Positions 1-10,707 of a stretch of 64,000 bases of DNA are shown here, piece after piece (position 1 is the stretch's first letter; every line of letters starts with the position of its first letter). A program made the translations under genes and the position numbers. The DNA is taken from the NCBI GenBank assembly GCA_965247095.1, contig OZ251997.1:3936001-4000000 (forward strand), given 5' to 3'. Below the pieces are notes generated by a model. It was given only the letters and a program-made list of their open reading frames with translations, was not told the origin of the DNA and searched no databases. The DNA is from Candidatus Multivorans sp. (lineage in GTDB: Bacteria; Acidobacteriota; Thermoanaerobaculia; Multivoradales; Multivoraceae).

Positions 1-616
1 GAGTCAGGAAGGAGGCCTGGGTTCCCGTAGTGCCCTTGGCGCCCCGGCAGCGCAGCCGGTCGCGGCGGCCGGCCACTTCATCGAGGTCGGTCAGGAAGTC
101 TTGCAGCCAGAGGCAGGCGCGCTTGCCCAGCGTCGTCAACTGGGCGGGCTGGAAGTGGGTGTAGGCGAGCGCGGTCGTGCCGCGCTCCCTGCGGGCGAAG
201 GTGGCCAGCTCGGCGACTGTGGCCGCCAGCCTGCCCGCGACCAGCTCGAGGGCCTCCCGGATGATCAGCACGTCGGTGTTGTCGGTGACAAACGCGGACG
301 TCGCGCCCAGGTGCAAAATGCTGCCGGCGTCGCCGCTGACTTCAGCGAAGTGCCGCAGGTGGGCCACCACATCGTGGCGCGTTTCGCGTTCGAGCTTCGC
401 GACCCGCTCGAGGTCAAGATCGTCCGCATGCTCGCGCAGCGCGTCAAGCTGCCGCTCGCTGATCGGCAGCCCCAGTGCCGCCTGGTTCTCTGCCAGGCAG
501 ATCCACATCCGCCGCCAGGTCTGGAAGCGGTGCCGGCCCGAAAACAGCCGCGCCATCTCAGCACTGGCATAGCGCTCGTGAAGCGGATTCTGGGGCGCTT
601 CCCTCGCTTCGGCCAT
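1..616 (-). CDS. purB: adenylosuccinate lyase (3' part runs off the window)
   Basis: Not in the ORF track. Manual minus-strand translation from ATG 616 gives MAEAREAPQNPLHERYASAEM...RHDVVAH...HLGATSAFVTDN...THFQPAQLTTLGKR...GAKGTTGTQASF, which are PurB motifs. Confidence 0.9.
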   Translation of the reverse strand, partial: MAEAREAPQNPLHERYASAEMARLFSGRHRFQTWRRMWICLAENQAALGLPISERQLDALREHADDLDLERVAKLERETRHDVVAHLRHFAEVSGDAGSILHLGATSAFVTDNTDVLIIREALELVAGRLAATVAELATFARRERGTTALAYTHFQPAQLTTLGKRACLWLQDFLTDLDEVAGRRDRLRCRGAKGTTGTQASFLT

Positions 617-757
617 GGGCGAAGTCTACCAGCGCAACTGTTGCCGTTGCTGAGGTTTAGCGGGCGGATACACGCATCGGGAGCGGCCGCAGTTCGCTCA
701 TTCGGGCTCTCGACTACCCCGGCCGTCAGTTCACTCCCCGACGACGTCCAGCCGGCG

Positions 758-800
758 GGTGTGCTCCACCGGCAGGTGTGCTCCAACGCCCGGTGTGCTC
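758..800. repeat. three GGTGTGCTC direct repeats at 17-bp spacing
   Basis: Copies start at 758, 775 and 792. Confidence 0.7.
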
Positions 801-814
801 GGCTAGCCAGTGGC

Positions 815-2037
815 TAGTGCCGTGTCACTCGTCAAAAGTCGGATAGAGGCGCTTGAGTTTGACGCGAGCGTCGTCGGTGGTGAAGTGCCAGTTGACCTTG
901 GCTTGGATCCGGTCTCTGGCGGCCTGCCAGGCGCCGACTTCGGCGCGTAGGGTGTCGATGGAGTCGATGCGGCGGTTGAGGCACTGGCGGATCATCACGC
1001 TGAGTTCGACCTCGGCGACGTTCAGCCAACTGCCGTGCTTGGGGGTATAGACGAACTCGAAGCGGTCCCACAGCGCCTTGGCCCGGGCCGGGTCGAAGGT
1101 CTCGTAGAGCGCGCCGGGACGGTGCGTGTTGAGGTTGTCCATCACCAGCGTGATTCGGGTGGCGTCGGGATACTGCCCGGCGATGTCTTCCAGGAAACGC
1201 GCCCAGTCGGTCTTGGTCCTGCGCTCGGTGACCTTGGTCAGACGCCGCCCGGCCAGCGGTTCGGTCGCCATGAACACGTTGCAGGCGCCGCAGCGTCGGT
1301 ACTCGTAGTCTTCGCGGACCTCCCGTCCAGGGGCCGGCGGGATGGGCGCCCGTGTCTCGGCGATCAACTGCCGCGGCGTCTCGTCCATGCACACCACCGG
1401 GAAGTTCGCGTCGTGCGGACGCCGATAGACGTCGAGCACCCGCTCCATGTTCGCCGCGAAGTCGGCGTTGCATTGCGGCGGAATCACCCAGCCGACGCGG
1501 CGCCACGGTTTGAGAGCGTTTTTTTTAGCACCCGCCGCACCGTCTCGTGCGAGACGCTGTCGATATAGCCGAGCTCCACCGCACGGTCCGCCAACAGACG
1601 CAGAGACCACTGCGAATGCCCTTCGGGCGGCTCTCCGCAACTGAGCGCGATCAGCCGCGCCTCGAACTCGCCATCCGCCTTGCGCAGGTACTTGGGACGA
1701 CGCCCCTGCCGACTCCCGAGCGCCGCCTCCAGACCGTCCTCCACAAACCGCCTCTTCACACGATCCACCTTGCGCGCACTGATCCGCAAGACCCCGGCGA
1801 TCGTCTCGCCGGTCGTCCGACGCCCGTTGAACTCGCCCTCGTCGCAGTTGAGCAGAATCAAGGCGTTGATCACCTTCTGCGACCGATGCGAACCCTTGCG
1901 CGTAGTCGTCGCCAACGCCTCGCGCTCCTGCTCCTCCAACTCCACCACATACCGCTTCATGCCAGACTCCTTGCCGTCGTCGAACGGCAAGGAACCTACT
2001 ACGATTCATGCGACCTAGGACGAGTGACACGGCACTA
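815..2037 (-). mobile_element. IS630-family insertion sequence, copy 1
   Basis: Perfect TIR GTGCCGTGTCACTCGTC / GACGAGTGACACGGCAC with TA on each side (CTAG context). Two overlapping ORFs (HTH + DDE). Confidence 0.95.
825..1960 (-). CDS. IS630 transposase; OrfA 1484-1960 (HTH) joined to OrfB (DDE) by a frameshift
   Basis: OrfA MKRYVVELE...WSLRLLA. OrfB has VVCMDE, LVMDNLNTH and YTPKHGSWLNVAE. An A8 slippery tract lies at 1519-1526. Confidence 0.9.
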
Positions 2038-2043
2038 GATTAG

Positions 2044-2964
2044 CTAGGCACGGTCGAGGAGGCGCAGCATGACGGCCTTCTGGGTGTGCATGCGGTTCTC
2101 GGCCTGGTCGAAGACGCGGCTCCGGGGGCCGTCCACGACCGAGGTGGTGACTTCCTCGCCCCGGTGGCAGGGGAGGCAGTGGAGGTAGATCGCGTCGCCC
2201 TTGGCCCGGGCCATCAGCTCGTTGTCGACGGTGTAGCCCGCGAAGTCGGCGAGGCGCTGCTTCTGCTCCTGCTCCTGGCCCATCGAGGTCCAGACGTCGC
2301 TGTAGACGGCGTCCGCGCCGGCGGCGGCCGCCTGCGGGTCGGCGCCGGTTTCGATCCCGGCGCCGGTATCGGCGGCGAGTTCGCGTGCGAGGTCGAGGTA
2401 CTTGTCCGCGACTTCGTAACCCGGAGGCGAGGCGATGGAGAAGTCGAGACCTGCGCGGGCGCAGGCGATCATCAGGGAGTGCGCGACGTTGTTGCCGTCG
2501 CCGATGTAGGCGATCCGGCGGCCACGCAGGTCGCCGAACTCCTGGCGGACGGTCATCAGGTCGGCGAGCGCCTGGCATGGGTGCAGTTCGTCGGTCAGCC
2601 CGTTGATCACGGGCACGGTGGCGTGCCGGGCGGTCTCGACCACGGTGCTGTGCTCGAAGGTGCGGAGCATCAGGAGGTCCACGTATCGCGACAGGACGCG
2701 GGCGGTGTCGGCGATCGTCTCCCCGCGGCCGACCTGCAGGTCGCGGTTGGAGAGGAAGATCGCCTGGCCTCCGAGTTGCGCCATCCCCGCCTCGAAGCTG
2801 ACGCGGGTTCGAGTGGACGCCTTTTCGAAGTAGAGACCGATCGACTTGCCCCTGAGCGTGTCGCGATGTGACTGGGGCCTGGATTCGAGTTGCAATGCCA
2901 GCTCGAGAATCGACTCGAGTTGACCGTGTTCGAGGTCGGCGATCGAGATCAGGTGTTCAGGCAT
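2044..2964 (-). CDS. argF: ornithine carbamoyltransferase
   Basis: Motifs STRTR, HPCQ, SMG and HCLP. Confidence 0.95.
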   Translation of the reverse strand: MPEHLISIADLEHGQLESILELALQLESRPQSHRDTLRGKSIGLYFEKASTRTRVSFEAGMAQLGGQAIFLSNRDLQVGRGETIADTARVLSRYVDLLMLRTFEHSTVVETARHATVPVINGLTDELHPCQALADLMTVRQEFGDLRGRRIAYIGDGNNVAHSLMIACARAGLDFSIASPPGYEVADKYLDLARELAADTGAGIETGADPQAAAAGADAVYSDVWTSMGQEQEQKQRLADFAGYTVDNELMARAKGDAIYLHCLPCHRGEEVTTSVVDGPRSRVFDQAENRMHTQKAVMLRLLDRA

Positions 2965-3119
2965 ACGAGGCCTCCTTCCCTAAGGCCGGGAAAGCGGGCG
3001 AGTATGGCAGATATGGGCCATCGATCAGGACGTTTCGCGCCCGGGGCGGGTCGAGTCGCTCCGTATCTGGCGGGCTACACTGCCCGTCTCTTGGTTGTCT
3101 CGGTTCCAGGTGCGGACAG

Positions 3120-3695
3120 GTGAGCGGAGGGAAAGCCACGGGGCGGCCGTGGGTGCTGGTCACCGGCAACCCGAACAAGCGGCGCGAGGCGGAGCGGGTC
3201 GTCGGCCACGGGTTGGAGACGGCGGCGATCGACCTGCCGGAGATCCAGTCGGGCGACCTGATCGAGGTGCTGCGGTTCAAGGCCGAGGCCGCCTGGCAGC
3301 GGCTTGAGCGGCCGGTCGTTGTCGAGGAGACCGGTCTGGAACTCGCCTGCATGAACGGCTTTCCTGGTCCTTTGGTCAAGTGGATGCTGGAGGCGGTCGG
3401 CGACGAAGGCATTGCGCAGGTCGCGATTCGCGCCGGCGACCCGGGCGTCGTGGCCCGGTGCGCCCTCATGCTCCTGGACGGTGAGCGGGAGGTGATCGCC
3501 GAGGGCTCGACCGCCGGCAGGCTGGTGCTGCCGCCGCGAGGCGTGGGTGGCTTCGGCTGGGATCCGGTGTTCGAGCCCGACGGACTCGAGCGGACCTACG
3601 CCGAACTCGGCGACGAGGTCAAGGACCGGATCGGCCACCGCGGCCGCGCCTGGCGCGAGTTCCTGCGGGCGCTCGGTACCGATCCGCGGCTCTAA
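3120..3695 (+). CDS. rdgB: non-canonical purine NTP pyrophosphatase (Ham1/RdgB/ITPase)
   Basis: Motifs VTGNPNK, EIQ, GFPGPLVKW, FGWDPVF and HRGRA. GTG start inferred. Confidence 0.85.
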   Translation: MSGGKATGRPWVLVTGNPNKRREAERVVGHGLETAAIDLPEIQSGDLIEVLRFKAEAAWQRLERPVVVEETGLELACMNGFPGPLVKWMLEAVGDEGIAQVAIRAGDPGVVARCALMLLDGEREVIAEGSTAGRLVLPPRGVGGFGWDPVFEPDGLERTYAELGDEVKDRIGHRGRAWREFLRALGTDPRL

Positions 3696-4297
3696 GGGAG
3701 CTGGGCCTGCCGCCTCAAGGCTGAAAGGACAGTCTCGACCTGGGCCCGCAACTGGTCCAGGCCGCCGTCGTTCTCGATCACATGGTCGGCCGCGGCGCGG
3801 CGGTCCTCGGTGCGGGCCTGGGCTTCCATGCGCGCTTGTGCCTGGTCTCGGTCGAGGCCCCGCTCGACCGCGCGGTCGAGGCGGACTTCGCTTGGCGCTT
3901 CGACGGTGATCACGGCGTCGTATCGTCCACGACCGCCGGTCTCGGCCAGTAGCGGGACCTCGAAGACGACGACCGAGCCGTCGCCGGCGGATTCGAGGAT
4001 CTGCAGGTAGCGGCGTCCGACCAACGGATGGATGGCCTGCTCCAGGCGCTTGCGGCTCGCCGCGTCGGCGAACACTGAACGTCCCAGTGCCTCCTTGTCG
4101 ACCGAGCCGTCCGCCTTCAGCATCTCGGCGCCGAAGAGGTCGGCGACGGCCTGTGCGCCCGGCTCGCCCGGCCGGTACAGGTCGGCGACGAGGGCGTCGG
4201 CGTCCGTGACGACGCAGCCCAGATCGGCGAGCATGGCGCCCACCGTCGACTTGCCGCTGGCGATTCCGCCTGTCAGTCCGACGCGTAGAGCAGTCAT
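3692..4297 (-). CDS. coaE: dephospho-CoA kinase
   Basis: Motifs GLTGGIASGKSTV, IHPLV, EVPLLAE and IENDG. Confidence 0.95.
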   Translation of the reverse strand: MTALRVGLTGGIASGKSTVGAMLADLGCVVTDADALVADLYRPGEPGAQAVADLFGAEMLKADGSVDKEALGRSVFADAASRKRLEQAIHPLVGRRYLQILESAGDGSVVVFEVPLLAETGGRGRYDAVITVEAPSEVRLDRAVERGLDRDQAQARMEAQARTEDRRAAADHVIENDGGLDQLRAQVETVLSALRRQAQLP

Positions 4298-4348
4298 TGT
4301 GGGGGTGAGAATATGCCGCCGCCACCGTCGATGGGACCGTCGCTCGTC

Positions 4349-4377
4349 TTGACAAGCCCTGGTTGGGACTCTACGAT
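4349..4377 (+). promoter_or_regulatory. sigma70-type promoter of the rplM operon
   Basis: TTGACA-17 bp-TACGAT. Confidence 0.75.
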
Positions 4378-4495
4378 CCCCGTTCCTCTGCGCGAGGAGG
4401 ATCGGTAGGAGTATGCCTGCTCCTTCGGAAGTCTGCGCGCAGCGGAGTGCCGGCACTCCGGTGGGTAAAGGCCGGCCGGCCAGGGTAGGAACACG

Positions 4496-4969
4496 ATGAC
4501 TGCAATAGCCAGAGCAAGGACGGCCAACCCGACCTACAGCCCCAAGGTGGGGGAGATCGAGCGTCGTTGGTACGTGGTGGACGCCGAGGGCGCGACTCTT
4601 GGACGTCTGGCCACGCGAGTGGCGCGCATGCTGACGGGCAAGGACAAGCCCACCTACGCTCGCCACATCGATGTCGGCGACTTCGTGGTGGTGGTCAACG
4701 CCGAAAAGGCGGTTCTCACCGGCGGCAAGGACGACAAGAAGATCTACTACCGCCACAGCGGACAGCCGGGCAAGCTCAAGTCGGAGACCGCGGGCCGTCT
4801 GCGTGGCCGCCGGCCGATCAGGCTCGTCGAGTTGGCGGTGCGGGGCATGCTGCCCAAGAACCGCCTGGGCCGCCGCCAACTGCGGAAGCTCAAGGTCTAT
4901 GCCGGCGCGGAACATCCGCACGTGGCGCAGCAGCCGGAACCGATGGGAATCGAAGGGAGTCCGAGTTGA
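4496..4969 (+). CDS. rplM: 50S ribosomal protein L13
   Basis: [25 protein letters not shown] and HPHVAQQP. Confidence 0.97.
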   Translation: MTAIARARTANPTYSPKVGEIERRWYVVDAEGATLGRLATRVARMLTGKDKPTYARHIDVGDFVVVVNAEKAVLTGGKDDKKIYYRHSGQPGKLKSETAGRLRGRRPIRLVELAVRGMLPKNRLGRRQLRKLKVYAGAEHPHVAQQPEPMGIEGSPS

Positions 4970-5355
4970 CGGAAGCGACCTACGGGACCGGCCGCCGCAA
5001 GACGGCCACGGCGCGTGTGTTCCTGCGCGCCGGTAGCGGCAAGATGACGGTCAACGGCATGGGGATGGACGACTACTTCAACAGCGAAGTGCTGAAGATG
5101 ATCGTCCACCAGCCTCTGCAGGTGGTCGAGAAGGAAGGCGAGGTCGACATGTGGGCCACCGTCTGCGGAGGCGGCAGTTCCGGCCAGGCCGGCGCCATAC
5201 GGCACGGCCTCTCGCGTGCGCTGGTGAACTTTGAGCCAACCTTCCGCGAACCGCTCAAGGCGGCCGGGTTCATGACCCGGGATCCGCGACGCAAGGAACG
5301 CAAAAAGTACGGCCAGAAGGGTGCACGTGCGCGCTTCCAATTCAGTAAAAGGTAG
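4966..5355 (+). CDS. rpsI: 30S ribosomal protein S9
   Basis: [12 protein letters not shown]...[20 protein letters not shown] start inferred. Confidence 0.97.
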   Translation: MTEATYGTGRRKTATARVFLRAGSGKMTVNGMGMDDYFNSEVLKMIVHQPLQVVEKEGEVDMWATVCGGGSSGQAGAIRHGLSRALVNFEPTFREPLKAAGFMTRDPRRKERKKYGQKGARARFQFSKR

Positions 5356-5368
5356 TGGGGACAGGTTC

Positions 5369-6238
5369 TTGGCTCACGTCACGATGAAGGAGATGCTGGA
5401 GGCGGGTGTCCACTTCGGCCATCAGACCAGACGCTGGAATCCGAAGATGCGCGGTTTCATCTTCGGACGCCGTAACGGCATCTACATCATTGATCTTCAG
5501 CAGACCCTGCTGCGCTTCCGCGGGGCGGCGGACTATGTCGAGCACATGGCTCGCATGGGCCGCCGGCTGCTGTTCGTCGGCACCAAGCGTCAGGCGCAGC
5601 AGGCGATCGAGGAAGAGGCGCGGCGCTGCGGTCAGTTCTACGTCAGCCATCGCTGGCTTGGCGGTACGCTGACCAACTTCGTCACCATCCGCGCCTCGGT
5701 CGAGCGCCTTCAGGATACGGAGAAGAAGCTCGCCGACGAGGAAAGCTTGCTGACCAAGAAGGAACGTCTCCGACTGGACCGTGACCGGGAAAAGATGGTC
5801 CGCAACCTCGATGGGATCCGGAACATGGAACGGTTGCCGGACGCGCTCTTCGTCGTCGATCCGCGGCGCGAGCACATTGCGATCGCCGAGGCGAACAAGT
5901 TGAACATCCCGGTCGTGGCCATCGTCGACACGAACTGCGACCCGGAGCTTGTGGATCACGTGATTCCTGGCAACGACGACGCCATCCGGACGATCCGGTT
6001 GTTTGCCGGCCGCATTGCCGACTCGTACATCGAGGGTGCTGCCGCCTGGAGCAAGGGCGACGAGGCGGAAGGCGCGGCGGAAGCTGAACCCGAGGCAGCC
6101 GTCGAGGCTGACGGCGAAGCCCCGGCGCCGGCTGAAGCCCCGGACTCCGCTGAAGCCCCGGACCCGGAAGGGCAGGCCGAGTCCTCCGAGCCGGCAGCCG
6201 ATGTAGCGGAACCTGCCGCGGCCAGCGGCAGCGGGTAA
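5369..6238 (+). CDS. rpsB: 30S ribosomal protein S2 with an acidic Ala/Glu/Pro C-terminal tail
   Basis: [29 protein letters not shown] and IPGNDDAIR. Confidence 0.97.
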   Translation: MAHVTMKEMLEAGVHFGHQTRRWNPKMRGFIFGRRNGIYIIDLQQTLLRFRGAADYVEHMARMGRRLLFVGTKRQAQQAIEEEARRCGQFYVSHRWLGGTLTNFVTIRASVERLQDTEKKLADEESLLTKKERLRLDRDREKMVRNLDGIRNMERLPDALFVVDPRREHIAIAEANKLNIPVVAIVDTNCDPELVDHVIPGNDDAIRTIRLFAGRIADSYIEGAAAWSKGDEAEGAAEAEPEAAVEADGEAPAPAEAPDSAEAPDPEGQAESSEPAADVAEPAAASGSG

Positions 6239-6346
6239 GCGAGCCGGCAGTTTCGTGGTGAGGCGCCGACGGTTCTTCGTCCGGCGAGCGAGATTCAGTG
6301 AAGTTCCAGTCAGGGGCGGGTCAAGTCCCGTAGGGAGAAGGAAGCG

Positions 6347-6991
6347 ATGAGCAAAGCAGTGACAGCCGCAATGGTCAAGGAGCTCCGCGAGCGGACTGGC
6401 GCGGGCATGATGGACTGCAAGAAGGCCCTGGTCGAGACCGGCGGTGACGTGGAAGCGGCGATCGACACGCTGCGCAAGAAGGGGTTGGCCTCCGCCGCCA
6501 AGAAGGCCGGTCGCGCCACCATCGACGGTCTCGTGGTCTCCTACATCCACGCCGGCGGCAGAATCGGCGTGTTGCTCGAGATCAACTGCGAGACGGACTT
6601 TGTCGCTCGCACGGACGACTTTAGGCAGTTGGCGCACGATCTCTCGCTTCACGTGGCCGCCAGCCAGCCCCGTTTCATCGGTCGCGACGAGGTCGCCGCG
6701 GACGTCCTCGAACGGGAGAAGAGGATTCACCGCGAGCAGGCGCTCGAGTCGGGCAAGCCTGACCACATCGTCGAGCGCATCGTCGAGGGCCGGATGTCGA
6801 AGTTCTTCGCCGAGAACTGCCTCCTGGAGCAGCCGTTCGTCAAGGACGCCGACCAGAACGTCGAGGACGTGCTCAAGGCGGCGATCGCTAAGCTGGGCGA
6901 GAACATGCGCATCTGCCGTTTCGCCAGGTTCCAGCTCGGCGGTGATTCGACCGTCGCCGCGGCGGCCTCACCGGCTTCCGATCCCTCCTGA
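6347..6991 (+). CDS. tsf: elongation factor Ts (short form)
   Basis: [19 protein letters not shown] and [11 protein letters not shown]. Confidence 0.97.
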   Translation: MSKAVTAAMVKELRERTGAGMMDCKKALVETGGDVEAAIDTLRKKGLASAAKKAGRATIDGLVVSYIHAGGRIGVLLEINCETDFVARTDDFRQLAHDLSLHVAASQPRFIGRDEVAADVLEREKRIHREQALESGKPDHIVERIVEGRMSKFFAENCLLEQPFVKDADQNVEDVLKAAIAKLGENMRICRFARFQLGGDSTVAAAASPASDPS

Positions 6992-6998
6992 TGGCCGG

Positions 6999-7727
6999 AT
7001 GACTGCAGCCGCCGCCGGCGAGCCGGCCTACCGCCGCATCCTGCTCAAGCTGTCGGGCGAAGCCCTGATGGGCGACAAGCCGTTCGGCATCGACGAGGCC
7101 GTTGTCGGCGGGATCGCCACTCAGATTCGGGATGTCTTCGAACTCGGCGTGGAGATCGGCATCGTGGTCGGGGGCGGCAACGTGATCCGCGGCTTGGCTG
7201 CGAGTCACCGCGGCGTCGAGCGGGCCACGGGTGACTACATGGGCATGCTGGCGACCGTGATCAACAGCCTGGCAATGCAGGACGCGCTGGAAAAGACCGG
7301 CGTTCCGACCCGGGTGCAGACGGCGCTGGAGATGCGCAGCGTGGCCGAGCCGTTCATTCGCCGCCGGGCGATCCGGCACCTGGAGAAGGGCCGGGTCGTG
7401 ATCTTCGGCGCCGGTACCGGCAACCCCTACCTGACGACGGACACTGCCGCCGCACTCCGTGCGAACGAAGTCCAGGCCGAGATTCTGCTCAAGGCAACCC
7501 AGGTCGACGGCGTCTACAGTGCCGACCCGCGCCGGGACGCCGGAGCGGAGCGCCTGCCCGAAGTGACCTATCAGGAGGTCCTGGAGCGCAACCTGGGCAT
7601 CATGGACGCGGCCGCGATCAGCCTGTGCCGGGAGAACGACCTGCCGATTGCGGTGTTCGACCTCGGTGTCGAGGGCAACATCCGACGGGTGGTTCTGGGC
7701 GAGAAGGTCGGCTCCCTGGTCACGTGA
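6999..7727 (+). CDS. pyrH: UMP kinase
   Basis: [22 protein letters not shown] and GNPYLTTD. Confidence 0.97.
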   Translation: MTAAAAGEPAYRRILLKLSGEALMGDKPFGIDEAVVGGIATQIRDVFELGVEIGIVVGGGNVIRGLAASHRGVERATGDYMGMLATVINSLAMQDALEKTGVPTRVQTALEMRSVAEPFIRRRAIRHLEKGRVVIFGAGTGNPYLTTDTAAALRANEVQAEILLKATQVDGVYSADPRRDAGAERLPEVTYQEVLERNLGIMDAAAISLCRENDLPIAVFDLGVEGNIRRVVLGEKVGSLVT

Positions 7728-7798
7728 ACCGCCATGCGTCGAGCCGGAACCCGGCGCGGCGCTAGAGTTGCGGTCCGTACACGGAGGCAGGGGGTCAT

Positions 7799-8353
7799 AT
7801 GCAAGAGCTGTTCTTGGAGATGGAGCTCAAGATGAAGGATGGCGTCGACCACCTTCACCAGGAGCTGAAGACACTACGGACCGGTCGGGCCTCGACGGCG
7901 CTGCTCGATGGGGTGACGGTCGAGTACTACGGCACGCCGACGCCACTCAATCAGCTCGCGAGCCTGTCCGTCGCCGACGCCACGCTGTTGGTGGCCCAGC
8001 CGTTCGATCCGACCCAGATCGCCGCGATCGAGCGCGCGATCCTGGTTGCCGATCTGGGGCTGAATCCCTCCAACGACGGCAGGATCGTCCGTATCCCGGT
8101 GCCTCCCCTCACCGAGGAGCGTCGCAAGGAGATGGTGAAGCGCGCCCACGAGATGGCCGAGCGCTTCCGCAATACAGTGCGCGGCGTCCGGCGCGAAGGC
8201 AACGATTCCCTGAAGCAGATGGAGAAGGCCAAGGAGATTTCGCAGGACGACGAACGCCGGGGGTTCGACGAGATGCAGAAGCTCCATGACCACTACATCG
8301 GCCTGGTGAACCAGGCGTTGGCGAACAAGGAGAAGGACATCCTCGAGGTCTAG
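7799..8353 (+). CDS. frr: ribosome recycling factor
   Basis: LRTGRAS, YYGTPTPLNQLA and PPLTEERRKE. Confidence 0.97.
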   Translation: MQELFLEMELKMKDGVDHLHQELKTLRTGRASTALLDGVTVEYYGTPTPLNQLASLSVADATLLVAQPFDPTQIAAIERAILVADLGLNPSNDGRIVRIPVPPLTEERRKEMVKRAHEMAERFRNTVRGVRREGNDSLKQMEKAKEISQDDERRGFDEMQKLHDHYIGLVNQALANKEKDILEV

Positions 8354-8393
8354 TGCTAGCCGGGCTGCTCGCAGCCCGCCCTCGAGCCCTGCT

Positions 8394-9587
8394 TTGACCG
8401 TCCACGCAATTGTCCCCGCCGCCGGAAGGGGCAGGCGGTTCGGCGGCGATCGGCCGAAGCAGTTTTCCCTGCTCCTGGACCGCCCGGTCCTGGCCTGGAC
8501 CGTCGAACGGCTTGTCGCCGTCCCCGTCATCGACCGGGTGGTCGTCGCGGCGCCGGCGGGGAGCGCCCACGAGACGCTGGAGATGCTGGCAGAGGAAGTT
8601 GCACCGCGGCCCGGAGTTGCGCTCGCCACGGTGGAGGGTGGCCGGCGCCGCCAGGATTCGGTAGCGGCCGCGCTCGCGGCGACCGCCGCGGATGCCTCCG
8701 ACTGGGTTGCGGTTCACGACGGCGCCCGCCCCTGTCTGAGCGCGGCGGACCTCGAAGCCGTCGTTCGGGCGGCGGCCGGGGGTGGCAGGGCCGGCGCGGT
8801 CCTCGGGCGTCCGGTGAGCGACACCCTGAAGACGGTCGAGTCGGGCCGGCTCGGCGCGACGGTCGATCGGGCGGGTCTTTTTCGGGCCGAGACGCCCCAG
8901 GTCTTTCGGGCCGGGAAGCTGGCGGCTGCGCTCGAGCGGGCGACGGCGCTGGACATCGAAGTGAGCGACGAGAGCAGCCTGTTCGAGCCGGGTTCGATCG
9001 TTGCTGTTGAGGCGTCCCACCCGAATCCGAAACTCACCGATCTCTCGGATCGCGCCGCGATCGAGGCGCTGCTGCGACCGCGGCAAGGAGCGCGGCCGGT
9101 CGTCGAGACCGCGGTCGGCCACGGCTACGACGTGCACCGGCTAGTCGCTGGGCGGCCCCTGATCCTTGGCAGCCAGAGGATTCCGCACGAGGCCGGTCTG
9201 GACGGTCACAGCGATGCCGACGTGGTGCTCCATGCGATCGGCGACGCCCTGCTCGGCGCCGCCGGGCTCGGTGACCTTGGAGTCCACTTTCCCCCGTCGG
9301 ACGACGCTTGGCGCGGTGCCGACAGCTCGGACCTGCTCCGGCGGATCGTCGACCTGGTCCGCGAGCAGGGGTTCGAGGTCCGGAACTGCGACGTGACGCT
9401 GATCGCCGAGCGGCCAAGGATGGCGCCCTACCGCGCGGCGATCGAGGATCGTGTTGCGCGCCTGCTCGGGCTCGACCCCAGGCGAATGAACTTGAAGGCC
9501 ACGACCCATGAAGGGCTGGGGCCCCTCGGTCGAGGTGAGGGCATGGCGGCCGAGGCCGTCGTGCTGATCGAGCGGCGGCGCGTGTGA
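8394..9587 (+). CDS. ispDF: bifunctional IspD/IspF (MEP cytidylyltransferase / MECDP synthase)
   Basis: N-domain PAAGRGRRF..PKQF, HDGARP and ETPQVF. C-domain GHGYDVH, GHSDADV and KATTHEGLG. Confidence 0.93.
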   Translation: MTVHAIVPAAGRGRRFGGDRPKQFSLLLDRPVLAWTVERLVAVPVIDRVVVAAPAGSAHETLEMLAEEVAPRPGVALATVEGGRRRQDSVAAALAATAADASDWVAVHDGARPCLSAADLEAVVRAAAGGGRAGAVLGRPVSDTLKTVESGRLGATVDRAGLFRAETPQVFRAGKLAAALERATALDIEVSDESSLFEPGSIVAVEASHPNPKLTDLSDRAAIEALLRPRQGARPVVETAVGHGYDVHRLVAGRPLILGSQRIPHEAGLDGHSDADVVLHAIGDALLGAAGLGDLGVHFPPSDDAWRGADSSDLLRRIVDLVREQGFEVRNCDVTLIAERPRMAPYRAAIEDRVARLLGLDPRRMNLKATTHEGLGPLGRGEGMAAEAVVLIERRRV

Positions 9588-10375
9588 GCAGACGAGGCGA
9601 TCGCCGGGGTACTCCGGCGCCCGCCGCCACCGCCGGCTGGCGACTCGGCTTTCAGCCGGTCCGCGAGATCCTCCGCAGCCAACCGCACGAAGTCGCCGAA
9701 ATCGTCATGTCCAGGGCGGCGGGGGAGCGCCGCCGGACGATCGAGAGCCTGTGCACAAGACACCGCGTGCCGGTTCGGAGCGTGACCGCCGCCGAACTGC
9801 GGGTGCGGCTCGAAGCGGCGGGACTCGACCACGCGCCGGCGCGCGGCTTCGCGGCGGTCCTGTTGCCCCGGAGTCACGACGGATCGACGGTTGCTGCCGC
9901 CGACCCGCAGCTCCTGGTGCTGGTCGAGGACGTGCAGGATCCACGGAACCTGGGCGCCCTGCTGCGCGTGTGCGAGGGGGCCGGGGTTGGCCGCGTTCTG
10001 ATCCGTGACCGCGGCGCGGCGCCGCTCTCTGCCGCGGTCGCCGGAACCGCCGCGGGTGCGGTCGATTGGCTCGACGTCGAGCGGATTGTGAACAGCGGCC
10101 AGGAGATCGAGCGCCTCAAGCGCGACGGTTACTGGGTCTACGGCGCCGACGCCACAGGCGTAGCGCCGTGGACGGTCGACCTGAGCGGCCCGATCGTGCT
10201 TTGCATCGGCGGCGAGGCGCGCGGCCTGCGTCGCCGGACAAGGAGCCTCTGCGACGGCCTTCTCGGCTTGCCGATGCGCGGCCGCGTCGAGTCCCTCAAC
10301 CTGTCCACGGCGGCCGCAGCGCTGCTCTACGAGGCGGTGCGCCAGCGTCTTGTCACGCCGGAGGGCCTGGCGTAG
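9584..10375 (+). CDS. rlmB: 23S rRNA Gm2251 methyltransferase (TrmH/SpoU family)
   Basis: QDPRNLGA, GGEARGL and PMRGRVESLNLS. Confidence 0.88.
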   Translation: MSRRGDRRGTPAPAATAGWRLGFQPVREILRSQPHEVAEIVMSRAAGERRRTIESLCTRHRVPVRSVTAAELRVRLEAAGLDHAPARGFAAVLLPRSHDGSTVAAADPQLLVLVEDVQDPRNLGALLRVCEGAGVGRVLIRDRGAAPLSAAVAGTAAGAVDWLDVERIVNSGQEIERLKRDGYWVYGADATGVAPWTVDLSGPIVLCIGGEARGLRRRTRSLCDGLLGLPMRGRVESLNLSTAAAALLYEAVRQRLVTPEGLA

Positions 10376-10427
10376 ACTCCGGCGTCGCCGTGGCGCCGCC
10401 ATGGTGCCTAAGTGCTTCGTCGCGAGG

Positions 10428-10503
10428 GCCGGCATAGCTCAGTTGGTAGAGCAACTGCCTTGTAAGCAGTAGGTCCTCGGTTCGAATCCGGGTGCCGGCT
10501 CCA
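10428..10503 (+). tRNA. tRNA-Thr(TGT)
   Basis: Cloverleaf with acceptor GCCGGCA/TGCCGGC, anticodon loop CT-TGT-AA, GTTCGAATC and encoded CCA. Confidence 0.97.
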
Positions 10504-10517
10504 CGGAGGAAGTTGCC

Positions 10518-10604
10518 GGAGGTGTGGCCGAGCGGTCAAAGGCAACAGACTGTAAATCTGTCGGGCAAAGCCCTACGATGGTTCGAATCCATCCGCCTCC
10601 ACCA
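10518..10604 (+). tRNA. tRNA-Tyr(GTA)
   Basis: Anticodon loop CT-GTA-AA, long variable arm, GTTCGAATCC and ACCA end. Confidence 0.97.
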
Positions 10605-10624
10605 CTTCTTCCCTTTGCGGGCGT

Positions 10625-10699
10625 GCGGGAGTAACTCAGGGGTAGAGTCACAGCCTTCCAAGCTGTTGGTCGCGGGTTCGAATCCCGTCTCCCGCTCCA
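10625..10699 (+). tRNA. tRNA-Gly(TCC)
   Basis: Acceptor GCGGGAG/CTCCCGC, anticodon loop CT-TCC-AA and TCCA end. Confidence 0.97.
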
Positions 10700-10707
10700 C
10701 GCCGCGC

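Noticed and set aside
101-817. 238-aa plus-strand ORF
   Set aside because: It is antisense to purB, which is the real gene and is missing from the ORF track.
825-2030. A single 401-aa transposase ORF starting at 2030
   Set aside because: Its N-terminal half is an off-frame read of OrfA; the OrfA/OrfB frameshift at A8 explains the element better.
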